Position numbers and translations under genes: made by a program. A DNA stretch of 64,000 nt, taken from the NCBI GenBank assembly GCA_002449145.1, contig DKCG01000023.1, positions 237 through 64,236 on the forward strand. Direction: 5' to 3'. The notes below the pieces were generated by a model, which was not told the DNA's origin, made no database searches, and was given only the letters and a program-made list of their open reading frames with translations. This DNA comes from Christensenella sp. UBA6880 (lineage in GTDB: Bacteria; Bacillota; Clostridia; Christensenellales; CAG-917). Every line of letters begins with the position of its first letter. Position 1 is the stretch's first letter. Positions 17,641-26,024 of the stretch are shown in pieces.

Positions 17641-17670
17641 AAAAAGCACATCATTGAGATGTGCTTTTTT
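17641..17670. terminator. Bidirectional intrinsic terminator (ends tRNA-Glu on the minus strand)
   Basis: AAAAAGCACATC-ATTG-AGATGTGCTTTTTT. Confidence 0.8.
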
Positions 17671-17674
17671 CATT

Positions 17675-17750
17675 TGGTACCCCCATAGGGAATCGAACCC
17701 TAGTTTCCGCCGTGAGAGGGCGACGTCTTGAACCGCTTGACCATGAGGGC
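17675..17750 (-). tRNA. tRNA-Glu (anticodon CUC), CCA encoded
   Basis: The reverse complement folds as a 76-nt cloverleaf: acceptor GCCCTCA/TGGGGGT, D arm GTC/GAC, anticodon stem TCGCC/GGCGG with loop CT-CTC-AC, T arm TAGGG-TTCGATT-CCCTA, then ACCA. Closely resembles Firmicute tRNA-Glu. Confidence 0.85.
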
Positions 17751-17769
17751 AAATCGTTATTGCTTTGTG

Positions 17770-17798
17770 ATAATAGCATAATTTCTTGCCGTATGCAA
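17770..17798 (-). promoter_or_regulatory. sigma-A type promoter for tRNA-Glu
   Basis: On the minus strand: TTGCAT, 17 nt, TATTAT, ending about 20 nt upstream of the mature 5' end. Confidence 0.6.
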
Positions 17799-17963
17799 GC
17801 AAAAAAATATATATTTTCTCAAAAACCATCGCTTTTTCCGCGCCGTTACGTCTTTTTCAAAATTTCTTGTTTGTTTTGATAAAAAAATATCAAATTCGGT
17901 ATTGCTTTTTATTTTGTTATAATATAAAATACATTTGTATTAAAAATATTTAAGGAGAAAATT

Positions 17964-20024
17964 ATGGATCCTAAATATCAAAGTTTATTTACCCCTTGGA
18001 AGATAGGCAAATGCGAGATCAAAAACCGCATCGTGTTGACTTCTATGGGCGGAACTTCAATATTTGGCTGGATGGAACCGCATCATTTCGACAAAGAAGC
18101 CGCAAACTTCTTGCTCGATAGGGCAAAGAACAACGTCGGACTTATTTTGCCGGGTATCGCGCCCATCAGAAACGTTATCGGCGGAAACTGGCTCTACAAG
18201 AGCAAGAGTTCGTTCAAACACCTCAAACCATTTATGGAAGAAATCCACAAGACGGGCGCAAAGATGTTCGTGCAACTCACCGCAGGTTTCGGACGTTCTT
18301 TTGCAATCACCAAAATGATGGAAATGCTTGCCACAAACAAAGTTTTGGGTGCAATCGCAAAGCCGTTTATCAACATCGATCAACTCACGATGAGCGCGAG
18401 TCCCAATCCCAACAGATGGAGTGACAAAGTGCCGTCCAGAGCAATGACGATCGACGAGATTCACGAGTTTATCAAAGCGTTCGGCAAAACCGCAAAAATG
18501 TGCAAAGACGCAGGCGTAGACGGCGTTGAAATCCACGCAGTTCACGAAGGATATTTGCTCGACCAATTCACGATGAAATACACCAACCAACGTACCGACG
18601 AGTACGGCGGTTCAATCGAAAACAGATACCGTTTTCCCATCGAAATCGTCAAGGAAATCAAGAGAGTATGCGGCGAGGATTATCCCGTTTCGTTGAGATA
18701 TTCCGTCGTATCCAAGACCAAAGGTTTCCGCCAAGGCGCACTTCCCGGTGAAGACTACGTCGAAGTCGGTCGCGATATGGAAGAAAGCAAAATCGCAGCC
18801 AAAATGCTTCAAGACGCAGGCTACGATATGCTCAACTCGGACAACGGTACGTACGACGCGTGGTACTGGGCGCATCCGCCGGTATATATGCCGCAAAACT
18901 GCAACCTCGCAGATTGCGAAGAACTCAAAAAAGCAGTCGATATTCCCGTCGTTTGCGCAGGTCGTATGACCCCCGAAGCAGGCGCAAAGGCTATTGCGGA
19001 AGGCAAAATCGACGGTATGGGCGTCGCTCGTCAATTCCTCACCGATCCCGAATGGATCACCAAACTCATCCAAGGCAGAGAAGACGACATTATGCCTTGC
19101 ATTTGCTGCCATAACGCTTGCTTCAATATGGCACACTACAACGGCGTTGCAAACGATCAGGATTTGTCCGACACTGCAGGTATGGCTCGTTGCGCACTCA
19201 ATCCGCACACGATGCAATCCAAGAAATACAAGATCGTTCCCGCAACAAAATCCAAGAAGATTGCCGTCATCGGCGGTGGTATCGGCGGTATGGAAGTTGC
19301 AAGAGTCGCAACCTTGCGCGGCCATAAAGTCACCATTTACGAGAAATCCGACGATCTCGGCGGCATTTTCGTAGCGGCGGCAGCACCGTCTTTCAAAGAG
19401 AAAGATAAAGAACTTATCGAGTGGTACAAAAAGCAAATCAAAGATTTGGGTATCGAAGTGAAGTACGGCGTCAAAGTTGACGACGTGAACAAACTCGACG
19501 CAGACGAAGTCGTCGTTGCAACGGGCGCAGTTGCAAGACGTTTCAACGTCCCCGGCGTCGAAAAGACCGTCGAAGCGTGCGATTTCTTGCTCGGAAACAA
19601 AGAAGTCGGCGACAACGTCGTCATCATCGGCGGTGGCTTGACAGGTTGTGAAATCGCATACGAACTGCAACTTCAAGGCAAACATCCCGCAATCGTCGAG
19701 ATGAAGAACGACCTTATCGCCGTCAAGGGCGTATGCCTTGCAAACTCGTCCTATTTGAGAGAATACTTTGCGCTTCACAAAGTGCCCGTGTATCTCGAAA
19801 CCAAACTCGTTTCTGTCACCGACAACGGCGTTAAAGTTGCTTCGCTCAAAGAAAACGGCAAAGAATTTGAGATTCCCGCGGATTCCGTCATTATGTCCGT
19901 CGGTTACAGACCCGCACCCGTCGCGCAAGAGGGCAAACACGTCCACCTCGTCGGCGACAGCGCAAAAGTAGGCAATCTTCGCACTGTAATTTGGGGTGCT
20001 TGGGATGTTGCAATGAAACTGTAA
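17964..20024 (+). CDS. 2-enoate reductase / 2,4-dienoyl-CoA reductase family flavoprotein (OYE domain + Fe-S + FAD/NAD(P) domain)
   Basis: 686 aa; OYE-like TIM barrel N-half, Cys cluster CICCHNAC...C, Rossmann motifs VIGGGIGG and IIGGGLTG; RBS AAGGAGAAAA. Confidence 0.9.
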   Translation: MDPKYQSLFTPWKIGKCEIKNRIVLTSMGGTSIFGWMEPHHFDKEAANFLLDRAKNNVGLILPGIAPIRNVIGGNWLYKSKSSFKHLKPFMEEIHKTGAKMFVQLTAGFGRSFAITKMMEMLATNKVLGAIAKPFINIDQLTMSASPNPNRWSDKVPSRAMTIDEIHEFIKAFGKTAKMCKDAGVDGVEIHAVHEGYLLDQFTMKYTNQRTDEYGGSIENRYRFPIEIVKEIKRVCGEDYPVSLRYSVVSKTKGFRQGALPGEDYVEVGRDMEESKIAAKMLQDAGYDMLNSDNGTYDAWYWAHPPVYMPQNCNLADCEELKKAVDIPVVCAGRMTPEAGAKAIAEGKIDGMGVARQFLTDPEWITKLIQGREDDIMPCICCHNACFNMAHYNGVANDQDLSDTAGMARCALNPHTMQSKKYKIVPATKSKKIAVIGGGIGGMEVARVATLRGHKVTIYEKSDDLGGIFVAAAAPSFKEKDKELIEWYKKQIKDLGIEVKYGVKVDDVNKLDADEVVVATGAVARRFNVPGVEKTVEACDFLLGNKEVGDNVVIIGGGLTGCEIAYELQLQGKHPAIVEMKNDLIAVKGVCLANSSYLREYFALHKVPVYLETKLVSVTDNGVKVASLKENGKEFEIPADSVIMSVGYRPAPVAQEGKHVHLVGDSAKVGNLRTVIWGAWDVAMKL

Positions 20025-20037
20025 GTGTAAAGCGTTA

Positions 20038-20157
20038 AGCGCGCTATTTGGCGTGATACTTCGTCAGTCACATCTTGCCTCAAAATCGTGTACGTCTATG
20101 TACACTGGGTTTTGATTCAAGATGTGCCTTTCTTGTCTGACGCTCAAATATCGCGAT
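20038..20157 (+). repeat. Nested-hairpin repeat, copy D1 (type II ends, apical module 2)
   Basis: Ends CGCGCTATTTG / CAAATATCGCG; inner stem CACATCTTG / CAAGATGTG; apex AAAATCGTGTACGTCTATGTACACTGGGTTTT; starts 14 nt after the stop of the upstream gene. Confidence 0.8.
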
Positions 20158-20175
20158 TAAAATCTCTTGCACATT

Positions 20176-20274
20176 GGGCGAACAACGGTGTTAATGCCGT
20201 CCTTCCGTCAACTCATTTACGAATAGTAAATTAGGGTTCGGACGGTTCTTCCTTGTTCTTCATCATCTAAATAT
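20176..20274 (+). repeat. Nested-hairpin repeat, copy D2 (type II loops, apical module 1)
   Basis: GAACAAC:GTTCTTC helix, loops GGTGTTA/TTCCTT, inner stem CCGTCC/GGACGG, apex CAACTCATTTACGAATAGTAAATTAGGGTT. Confidence 0.8.
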
Positions 20275-20367
20275 TTGTTTTACAAATATATGGTGCAAAA
20301 TGTTGTTGAAATAACGGTAAAATATGATATAATATTCATATTAAACGAACACACAGAGGTGTAGTGT

Positions 20368-21594
20368 ATGAAAAAAACGACTATGCAAAAATATGCTCGT
20401 CTTATCGCTCAAAAAGGCGTGAACGTGCAGAAAAATCAAGAAGTAATTATCCGCGCAGGACTCGACCAACCCGAATTTGTAAAAATGGTTGCAGAGGAAT
20501 GCTATCGCAAGGGCGCAAAGAAAGTTACGGTCGAGTGGGATTATCAACCGCTCACGAAAGTCAATTATCGTTATCGTTCGCTCAAATCTCTTTCCACGAT
20601 GGAAGAGTGGCAAGTCGAAAAACTCAAACATCAGGTTGACGCGCTTCCCGCGGTCATCTATATCGAATCGGAAGACCCCGACGGACTTAAAGGCGTGGAC
20701 CAATCAAAAGTCGCAAAGGCTCAACGTGCGATTTATCCCATCGTAAAACCTCTTCGCGACAAAATGGACAACAAGTATCAATGGTGTATCGCCGCAGTAC
20801 CGGGCGAAGCGTGGGCAAAAAAAGTGTTTCCGAACGAAAGAGTCGGTAAGGCTGTCGAGAAACTTTGGAACGCCATTCTTTACACGTCCAGAGCGGACGG
20901 CAACGACCCCGTTCAGGCTTGGAACGAGCATAACGCCGACCTCAAGGCAAGATACGATTATCTCAATTCGCTCGGCATAGAATCCTTGCATTATACGTCA
21001 TCTAACGGCACTAATTTCACCGTAGGACTCATTCCCGACGCACTCTTTCTCGGCGGAAGCGAGTTTACGCTCGGCGGTGTAGAGTTCAATCCTAACATTC
21101 CGAGCGAGGAAGTTTTTACGTCGCCTATGAAGGGCAAAGCGGAAGGTATCGTCTATGCAACTCGTCCGCTTTCCTATCGCGGCGAACTCATCGAGAATTT
21201 TTCCGTGCGATTTGAAAACGGCAAAGCGGTCGAAGTACACGCCGAAAAGGGTGAGGAACTTCTCAAACAAATGATTTCTATGGACGAAAACGCCGCATAT
21301 CTCGGTGAATGTGCTCTCGTTCCTTACGATTCGCCCATTCGCAATTCCGAAATAACCTTCCTCAACACCTTGTTCGACGAGAACGCTTGTTGTCACCTCG
21401 CACTCGGTCGCGGTTTTGAGAATTGTATCAAAGATTACGACAAATACACTCTCGAAGAATGTCGTCAAAAAGGCATCAACGATTCCATCATACACGTAGA
21501 CTTTATGATCGGCTCGCAAGATCTTGACGTGACTGCGCATACGAGAGAGGGGGTGGATGTAGCCATTTTCCGCAACGGCAACTGGGCATTTTGA
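20368..21594 (+). CDS. Aminopeptidase, M29 (AmpS/PepS) family
   Basis: 408 aa, full-length resemblance to thermophilic metalloaminopeptidase family proteins; the stop codon lies inside the 5' arm of repeat E1. Confidence 0.88.
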   Translation: MKKTTMQKYARLIAQKGVNVQKNQEVIIRAGLDQPEFVKMVAEECYRKGAKKVTVEWDYQPLTKVNYRYRSLKSLSTMEEWQVEKLKHQVDALPAVIYIESEDPDGLKGVDQSKVAKAQRAIYPIVKPLRDKMDNKYQWCIAAVPGEAWAKKVFPNERVGKAVEKLWNAILYTSRADGNDPVQAWNEHNADLKARYDYLNSLGIESLHYTSSNGTNFTVGLIPDALFLGGSEFTLGGVEFNPNIPSEEVFTSPMKGKAEGIVYATRPLSYRGELIENFSVRFENGKAVEVHAEKGEELLKQMISMDENAAYLGECALVPYDSPIRNSEITFLNTLFDENACCHLALGRGFENCIKDYDKYTLEECRQKGINDSIIHVDFMIGSQDLDVTAHTREGVDVAIFRNGNWAF

Positions 21595-21720
21595 GAGGCT
21601 GCCAAATAGCACCTAACTTTGTCAGAGACACCCACTCATCAATTCGTGTACGTCTATGTACACTAGAATTGCTGTTTGGGTGTCTCTTTCGCGTTATGTA
21701 TCTATTTGGCAGCCTCTCAA
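21591..21720 (+). repeat. Nested-hairpin repeat, copy E1 (type I loops, apical module 2)
   Basis: Outer stem TTGAGAGGCTGCCAAATAG / CTATTTGGCAGCCTCTCAA (19/19, includes the TGA stop); helix ACCTAAC:GTTATGT; loops TTTGTCA/TTTCGC; inner stem GAGACACCCA/TGGGTGTCTC; apex AATTCGTGTACGTCTATGTACACTAGAATT. Confidence 0.88.
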
Positions 21721-21787
21721 GCGCGCTATTTTTGGCGAATAACTGTGTCAAAGACCTTTTGCTTGTTCTTCATTCAAATATCGCGCT
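21720..21787 (+). repeat. Nested-hairpin repeat, copy E2 (minimal type II, no inner stem or apex)
   Basis: AGCGCGCTATTTTTGG-CGAATAACTGTGTCA-AAGACC-TTTTGCTTGTTCTTCAT-TCAAATATCGCGCT. Confidence 0.75.
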
Positions 21788-21810
21788 TAAAATATATCGG
21801 CGATAGCAGT

Positions 21811-21911
21811 CTCTCAAGCGCGCTATTTTTGGCGTGAGTGACAAACGGTCGCTGTGGCAATGGCAACAGACAAGTTTGCCTATTGCCAAGAGCCACGCTT
21901 GTTTGTCACTC
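21811..21911 (+). repeat. Degenerate relative of the repeat family (copy E3)
   Basis: Begins with the same 24-nt CTCTCAAGCGCGCTATTTTTGGCG as 21714-21737; 11-bp stem GAGTGACAAAC / GTTTGTCACTC encloses a second imperfect hairpin GGCAATGGCAA / TTGCCTATTGCC. Confidence 0.6.
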
Positions 21912-22155
21912 TGCTAACCGCGCAAGCCCTCTTTACTCTCAAAATAAGACGGGCAAGAACTCAAACCGCAATTCCGTGCGAGTGCTTGCTTGGTGAATGC
22001 GTGCTACGCACGCAGGCGGATAAATAAAAATATCTTGCTAACCGCTTGCGCCATTGGCGCAATACCAAACAGATAATCTTGCGGAATTGTGGCTTGATTA
22101 TTTATCCATCTTGTTTTGATAGCAAAGATTCTCTGTGCGGTAGAAAGATTAAAAT

Positions 22156-22213
22156 AGCGATATAAAAAAGAAGACACGCAAATGCGTGTATTCTGCAAGA
22201 ATATCGCTTTTTT
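22156..22213. terminator. Compound hairpin with flanking A and T runs
   Basis: AGCGATAT...ATATCGCT encloses ACACGCA-AA-TGCGTGT; T-run follows on the + strand; the inner hairpin is followed by CTTCTTTTTT on the minus strand. Confidence 0.55.
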
Positions 22214-22239
22214 AATCGGCATTCGGCGCAAAGTATATC

Positions 22240-22272
22240 AAAAAACAGTCGCTCGATTGAGCGACTGTTTTT
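22240..22272. terminator. Bidirectional intrinsic terminator
   Basis: AAAAAA-CAGTCGCTC-GATT-GAGCGACTG-TTTTT. Confidence 0.75.
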
Positions 22273-22473
22273 CTCTTGATTGTCCCGCACCGCCGTGTGA
22301 TGCCATTTTATAAACCCGCCGTATAGCAGGGTGGGTAAAGACTGCCGTGCAGTTTCTGTCTTCCACTGAATTGCGAGGCCTGACATCTCTGCATATTGGT
22401 CGGACGCGTCATCCCGTATAAAATTTGTGGTTCAAAATAGAGCATCATCACAAACATAGCAGGAATCTTTCCT
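22240..22473 (-). ncRNA. Candidate orphan transcript (about 230 nt) of unknown class
   Basis: Bounded by a good minus-strand promoter (22480-22508) and the 22240-22272 terminator; GC-rich core; possible closing helices UGUGAUG/CAUCACA and AUUUUAUA/UAUAAAAU; no convincing SD-led ORF. Confidence 0.3.
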
Positions 22474-22479
22474 ATGTTC

Positions 22480-22508
22480 AATATACCATATACCGTTTTA
22501 TATTGCAA
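22480..22508 (-). promoter_or_regulatory. sigma-A type promoter (minus strand) for the orphan transcript
   Basis: Minus strand: TTGCAA, 17 nt, TATATT, with TGG immediately upstream of the -10 (extended -10 like). Confidence 0.5.
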
Positions 22509-22805
22509 TACCCAATTTTTGTCTGTGCGTTTCTTTTAATAAGTTTAGGGTGGCAGAATTTTGCCGCTCGGCATATTATATCCTCAAATCGTAAATCGTA
22601 CTTCGAGATTGCAAACTTGTGTCGATAATATAAAAAGTATTTTAAAATTCGGCAAATATGCGAATACTTTTGAGCAAAAATCGGACAAATTTACAATCGA
22701 AATACGTTTTACATATTATTTAAATGCAATTTTTGGGGTATGTATTGATAAAATCGCTGTTGTATGCTAAAATATGTAAAGTAATAAATCTATAGGGGTT
22801 ATTGT

Positions 22806-24077
22806 ATGAAATCTCTTAATATCAAATCAAGAACAATAATTGCGCTCTGCTTGTTTGCGGTGTTGTTCGTTTCTCTCGTTTTGGTTGCGACTTATTGCGA
22901 CTTTCAAGTGAGCAAAATTCTCACCAAAAACGCATTGAAACCCGGCGAATATCTTGCAAACGATTTGTTCGGCGTAGTGGGCGAGGTTGTCGGTACGTCG
23001 CCGATTTATATTCTTTTGAGTATATGCACGGTGATACTTTGCTGGTATTTCGCAAAATGCTTTGACAAAAAGAAATGGGCGATTGCTCTTGCCGTCATAT
23101 TTGCGCTTGCGGGAACTGTCGCTTGGTGGTTCTATATCAAAGACATTATGAAATACGTCATCGAGCACGCCGCAAACGAAATCGGCGCGGCAGGTTCGGC
23201 GGTGTATGAATATCGTCACAACGGCGCGGTGATTGCAAGTCAAGTTCTTGTCGCGCTCACGATTCAGGCTCTTACGGTGCTTGCGCTTCGTCCTTTGAAA
23301 GCGGAAACGCTCAAAAGGCTCGTATGGTGGGTGGTTGCGGCTCTTGCGGCTTGCGTGCTTGCAAATATTATTATCCTCATCGTCAAAGACCCCGTCGGTC
23401 GTATGAGATTCAGAGCAATCAACTCGAACGTCGGTCAACGTCTTATCAACGCAGGGTTGGTGCAAGGTTATACGCCTTGGTACGTGCGTAACGGTCAACC
23501 CGACGAGGCGATAATCAATTCGTTTATCGACGCATATCCCGGCGCAAGCGATGCGTTTAAGTCGTTCCCGTCAGGTCATACTTGCGCAGCAGGTATGTCG
23601 TATGCGCTTATTATGCTTCCCGATGTCGTGGACTTCAAGCATAAAAAAGCGGGCAAAATCGCTTGCTGGGTCACACCTGTCGTCATCACGATGCTCGTTG
23701 CAATCAGCCGTATCGTCGTTGGCGCTCACTATATGAGCGACGTCACGTTCGGCGGCACAATCGCATTCGTATCCTTCATTCTTATGCGCGAAATCTTCGT
23801 GTGTAAGGGAAGCCACTTCTTTGCATTGTTCCCGTGCCTCGCATCAAAGAAAGCGGTTACGCTTCCTATCGATATCGAGGTCGAAAATGCCGTCGAAACC
23901 GAGGATAAAGACACTCTCGACATTCTTACAGATGAAAGCGTAGAGGAAACCGAAATCGAAAACGGAGCCGAATGTTCCGATGATAAAAACGAGGAAATTG
24001 TACTTTGCAGCGAACAAGCCGACGAAATCGGCAAAGAAATCGCCGAAAATCTCAAAGACGGTGCGATTGTCGAATAA
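22806..24077 (+). CDS. PAP2-family membrane phosphatase with acidic C-terminal tail
   Basis: 423 aa; multiple TM helices; PAP2 motifs KSFPSGHT and SRIVVGAHYMSDV; E/D-rich C-terminus. Confidence 0.85.
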   Translation: MKSLNIKSRTIIALCLFAVLFVSLVLVATYCDFQVSKILTKNALKPGEYLANDLFGVVGEVVGTSPIYILLSICTVILCWYFAKCFDKKKWAIALAVIFALAGTVAWWFYIKDIMKYVIEHAANEIGAAGSAVYEYRHNGAVIASQVLVALTIQALTVLALRPLKAETLKRLVWWVVAALAACVLANIIILIVKDPVGRMRFRAINSNVGQRLINAGLVQGYTPWYVRNGQPDEAIINSFIDAYPGASDAFKSFPSGHTCAAGMSYALIMLPDVVDFKHKKAGKIACWVTPVVITMLVAISRIVVGAHYMSDVTFGGTIAFVSFILMREIFVCKGSHFFALFPCLASKKAVTLPIDIEVENAVETEDKDTLDILTDESVEETEIENGAECSDDKNEEIVLCSEQADEIGKEIAENLKDGAIVE

Positions 24078-24144
24078 CCTTTCGTGTAGAGAGGAAAACG
24101 TCGCCGCAACGTTTAGTTGTCGACAAAACTTCAAAATAACGTCG

Positions 24145-24172
24145 AAAAAGCCCGAAAAAATCGGGCTTTTGC
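24145..24172 (+). terminator. Intrinsic terminator after the PAP2 gene
   Basis: AGCCCGA-AAAAA-TCGGGCT followed by TTT. Confidence 0.7.
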
Positions 24173-24257
24173 GTATCAAATTGACATATAGCATTTACAA
24201 TGCTAAACTCAACGTGCAATCAATTTTTGCAAGTATATAAATCATTGAGGAACGACT

Positions 24258-24527
24258 ATGAAAGCGGTTGTATCTGTCATTGGTAAAGACCAAAGAGGCA
24301 TAATTTCAAGAGTCAGCACGAGGCTCTACGAGTTTGCAATCAACGTGCAAGACATTTCTCAAACCATTATGCAGGGCTATTTTACAATGATTATGCTTGT
24401 CGATTTGTCCGAGTCCAACGCGGATTTTGCGACGATAAGCAAATCTCTTTCAAAGCTCGGCGAGGAACTCGGCGTTGAAATCCGCATACAAAACGAGCAG
24501 GTTTTCACGTCGATGCACCGTATTTGA
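24258..24527 (+). CDS. ACT-domain protein (UPF0237 family)
   Basis: 89 aa; N-terminus AVVSVIGKDQRGII typical of the small ACT proteins that pair with UPF0210. Confidence 0.85.
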   Translation: MKAVVSVIGKDQRGIISRVSTRLYEFAINVQDISQTIMQGYFTMIMLVDLSESNADFATISKSLSKLGEELGVEIRIQNEQVFTSMHRI

Positions 24528-24536
24528 GGTTGAAAA

Positions 24537-25886
24537 ATGATAAACGCGAACGAAGTGGTTGAAACCAACAAAATGATATCTTTCGAACACCTTGACGTGC
24601 GCACGGTCACGATGGGAATATCCCTTCTCGACTGCGTGAGCGACGATATTGACGTTCTTTGCCAAAGGGTACACGACAAAATCGTGAGCAAGGCGAAAAA
24701 TCTCGTCAAGGTCTGCGACGACATCGCAAACGAAATAGGCATACCTATCGTCAACAAGCGAATCAGCGTGACGCCGGTAAGCATAATCACGGCTCGCACC
24801 GGCGATTCGATAAAGGTTGCAAAAGTCCTTGACGAGTGCGCCGACGAAATCGGCGTGGACTTTGTGGGCGGATATACCGCGCTCGTACACAAGGGTATGA
24901 CCGAGTACGAAAAGAAGTTTATCGAATCCATACCCGCCGCGCTCGCTTGCACGAAAAAAGTATGTTCGAGCGTAAACATCGGCTCGACCAAAGCGGGCAT
25001 AAATATGGACGCGGTTGCCCTTATGGGCAAAATTATCAAAGAAACCGCATATCTGACGAGGGAAAACGACAGCATAGGCTGTGCAAAACTCGTCGTGTTT
25101 GCAAACGCAGTCGAGGATAATCCGTTTATGGCGGGTGCGTTCCACGGCGTAGGCGAAAACGATTGCGTCATAAACGTAGGCGTAAGCGGACCGGGCGTAG
25201 TGGAAGAAGCGTTGAAACACGTCAAAGGCGAAAACTTGACCGTCGTTGCCGAAACCATAAAGAAAGTCGCTTACAAAATCACGAGAGTAGGGCAACTCGT
25301 CGCGCAAGAAGCGTCCAAACGCCTTGACGCTCATTTCGGAATCATAGATTTGAGCCTTGCTCCCACGCCCGTAAAAGGGGACAGCGTTGCGCATATTCTC
25401 GAAGAAATCGGCGTTGACGTAGTTGGCGGCTACGGAACGACCGCCGCTCTCGCATTGCTCAACGACGCCGTGAAAAAGGGCGGTATTATGGCTTCGTCGC
25501 ACGTCGGCGGACTCAGCGGCGCGTTTATTCCCGTCAGCGAGGACATCGGAATGATAGAATCCGCACAAAAAGGTGTTCTAACCCTCGAAAAACTCGAAGC
25601 GATGACCGCAATTTGTTCCGTCGGACTCGATATGATTGCAATCCCCGGCGACACTTCTGCCGACGTTATTTCCGCAATGATTGCAGACGAATCCGCAATC
25701 GGCGTAGTCAACAACAAAACCACCGCCGTCCGTGTAATTCCCGTTTACGGCAAAAATTCGGGCAGCGTATCTTTCGGCGGACTTCTCGGCACAGCACCCA
25801 TTATGCCTATCAATCAAACTTCGCCGTCGAGACTAATTGAGCGTGGGGGGAGAGTTCCTGCCCCTATATGGTCCAACAAAAATTAA
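24537..25886 (+). CDS. UPF0210 (DUF711) family protein
   Basis: 449 aa; conserved ACT + UPF0210 gene pair; repeat C1 starts 6 nt after the stop. Confidence 0.85.
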   Translation: MINANEVVETNKMISFEHLDVRTVTMGISLLDCVSDDIDVLCQRVHDKIVSKAKNLVKVCDDIANEIGIPIVNKRISVTPVSIITARTGDSIKVAKVLDECADEIGVDFVGGYTALVHKGMTEYEKKFIESIPAALACTKKVCSSVNIGSTKAGINMDAVALMGKIIKETAYLTRENDSIGCAKLVVFANAVEDNPFMAGAFHGVGENDCVINVGVSGPGVVEEALKHVKGENLTVVAETIKKVAYKITRVGQLVAQEASKRLDAHFGIIDLSLAPTPVKGDSVAHILEEIGVDVVGGYGTTAALALLNDAVKKGGIMASSHVGGLSGAFIPVSEDIGMIESAQKGVLTLEKLEAMTAICSVGLDMIAIPGDTSADVISAMIADESAIGVVNNKTTAVRVIPVYGKNSGSVSFGGLLGTAPIMPINQTSPSRLIERGGRVPAPIWSNKN

Positions 25887-25891
25887 ACGCC

Positions 25892-26000
25892 GCTATTTGG
25901 CGAATAACTGCGTCAACGCCCATCGTCTGTCAACTCATTTACGCCTTGTAAATTAGGGTTGCCATCCGATGGGTGTTTCCTTGTTCTTCATCCAAATATC
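25892..26000 (+). repeat. Nested-hairpin repeat, copy C1 (type II, apical module 1)
   Basis: Ends GCTATTTGG / CCAAATATC; CGAATAACTGCGTCA ... TTCCTTGTTCTTCAT; inner stem CGCCCATCG / CGATGGGTG with one G.U (only when the + strand folds); apex CAACTCATTTACGCCTTGTAAATTAGGGTTG. Confidence 0.85.
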
Positions 26001-26024
26001 AACGTTTAAGAAATGTGTGAGTAT

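Noticed and set aside
22280-22420. SRP (4.5S/scRNA) identity for the GC-rich orphan segment, because of GAUGACGCGU and GUCAGGCC...GGAAGACAG strings reminiscent of E. coli 4.5S RNA
   Set aside because: The hallmark helix-8 motif (GGUCC-GGAA-GGAAGCAGCC with symmetric and asymmetric loops) cannot be formed and the surrounding pairing does not match. The similarity is limited to short GC-rich words. I also found no tmRNA, RNase P or 6S hallmarks.
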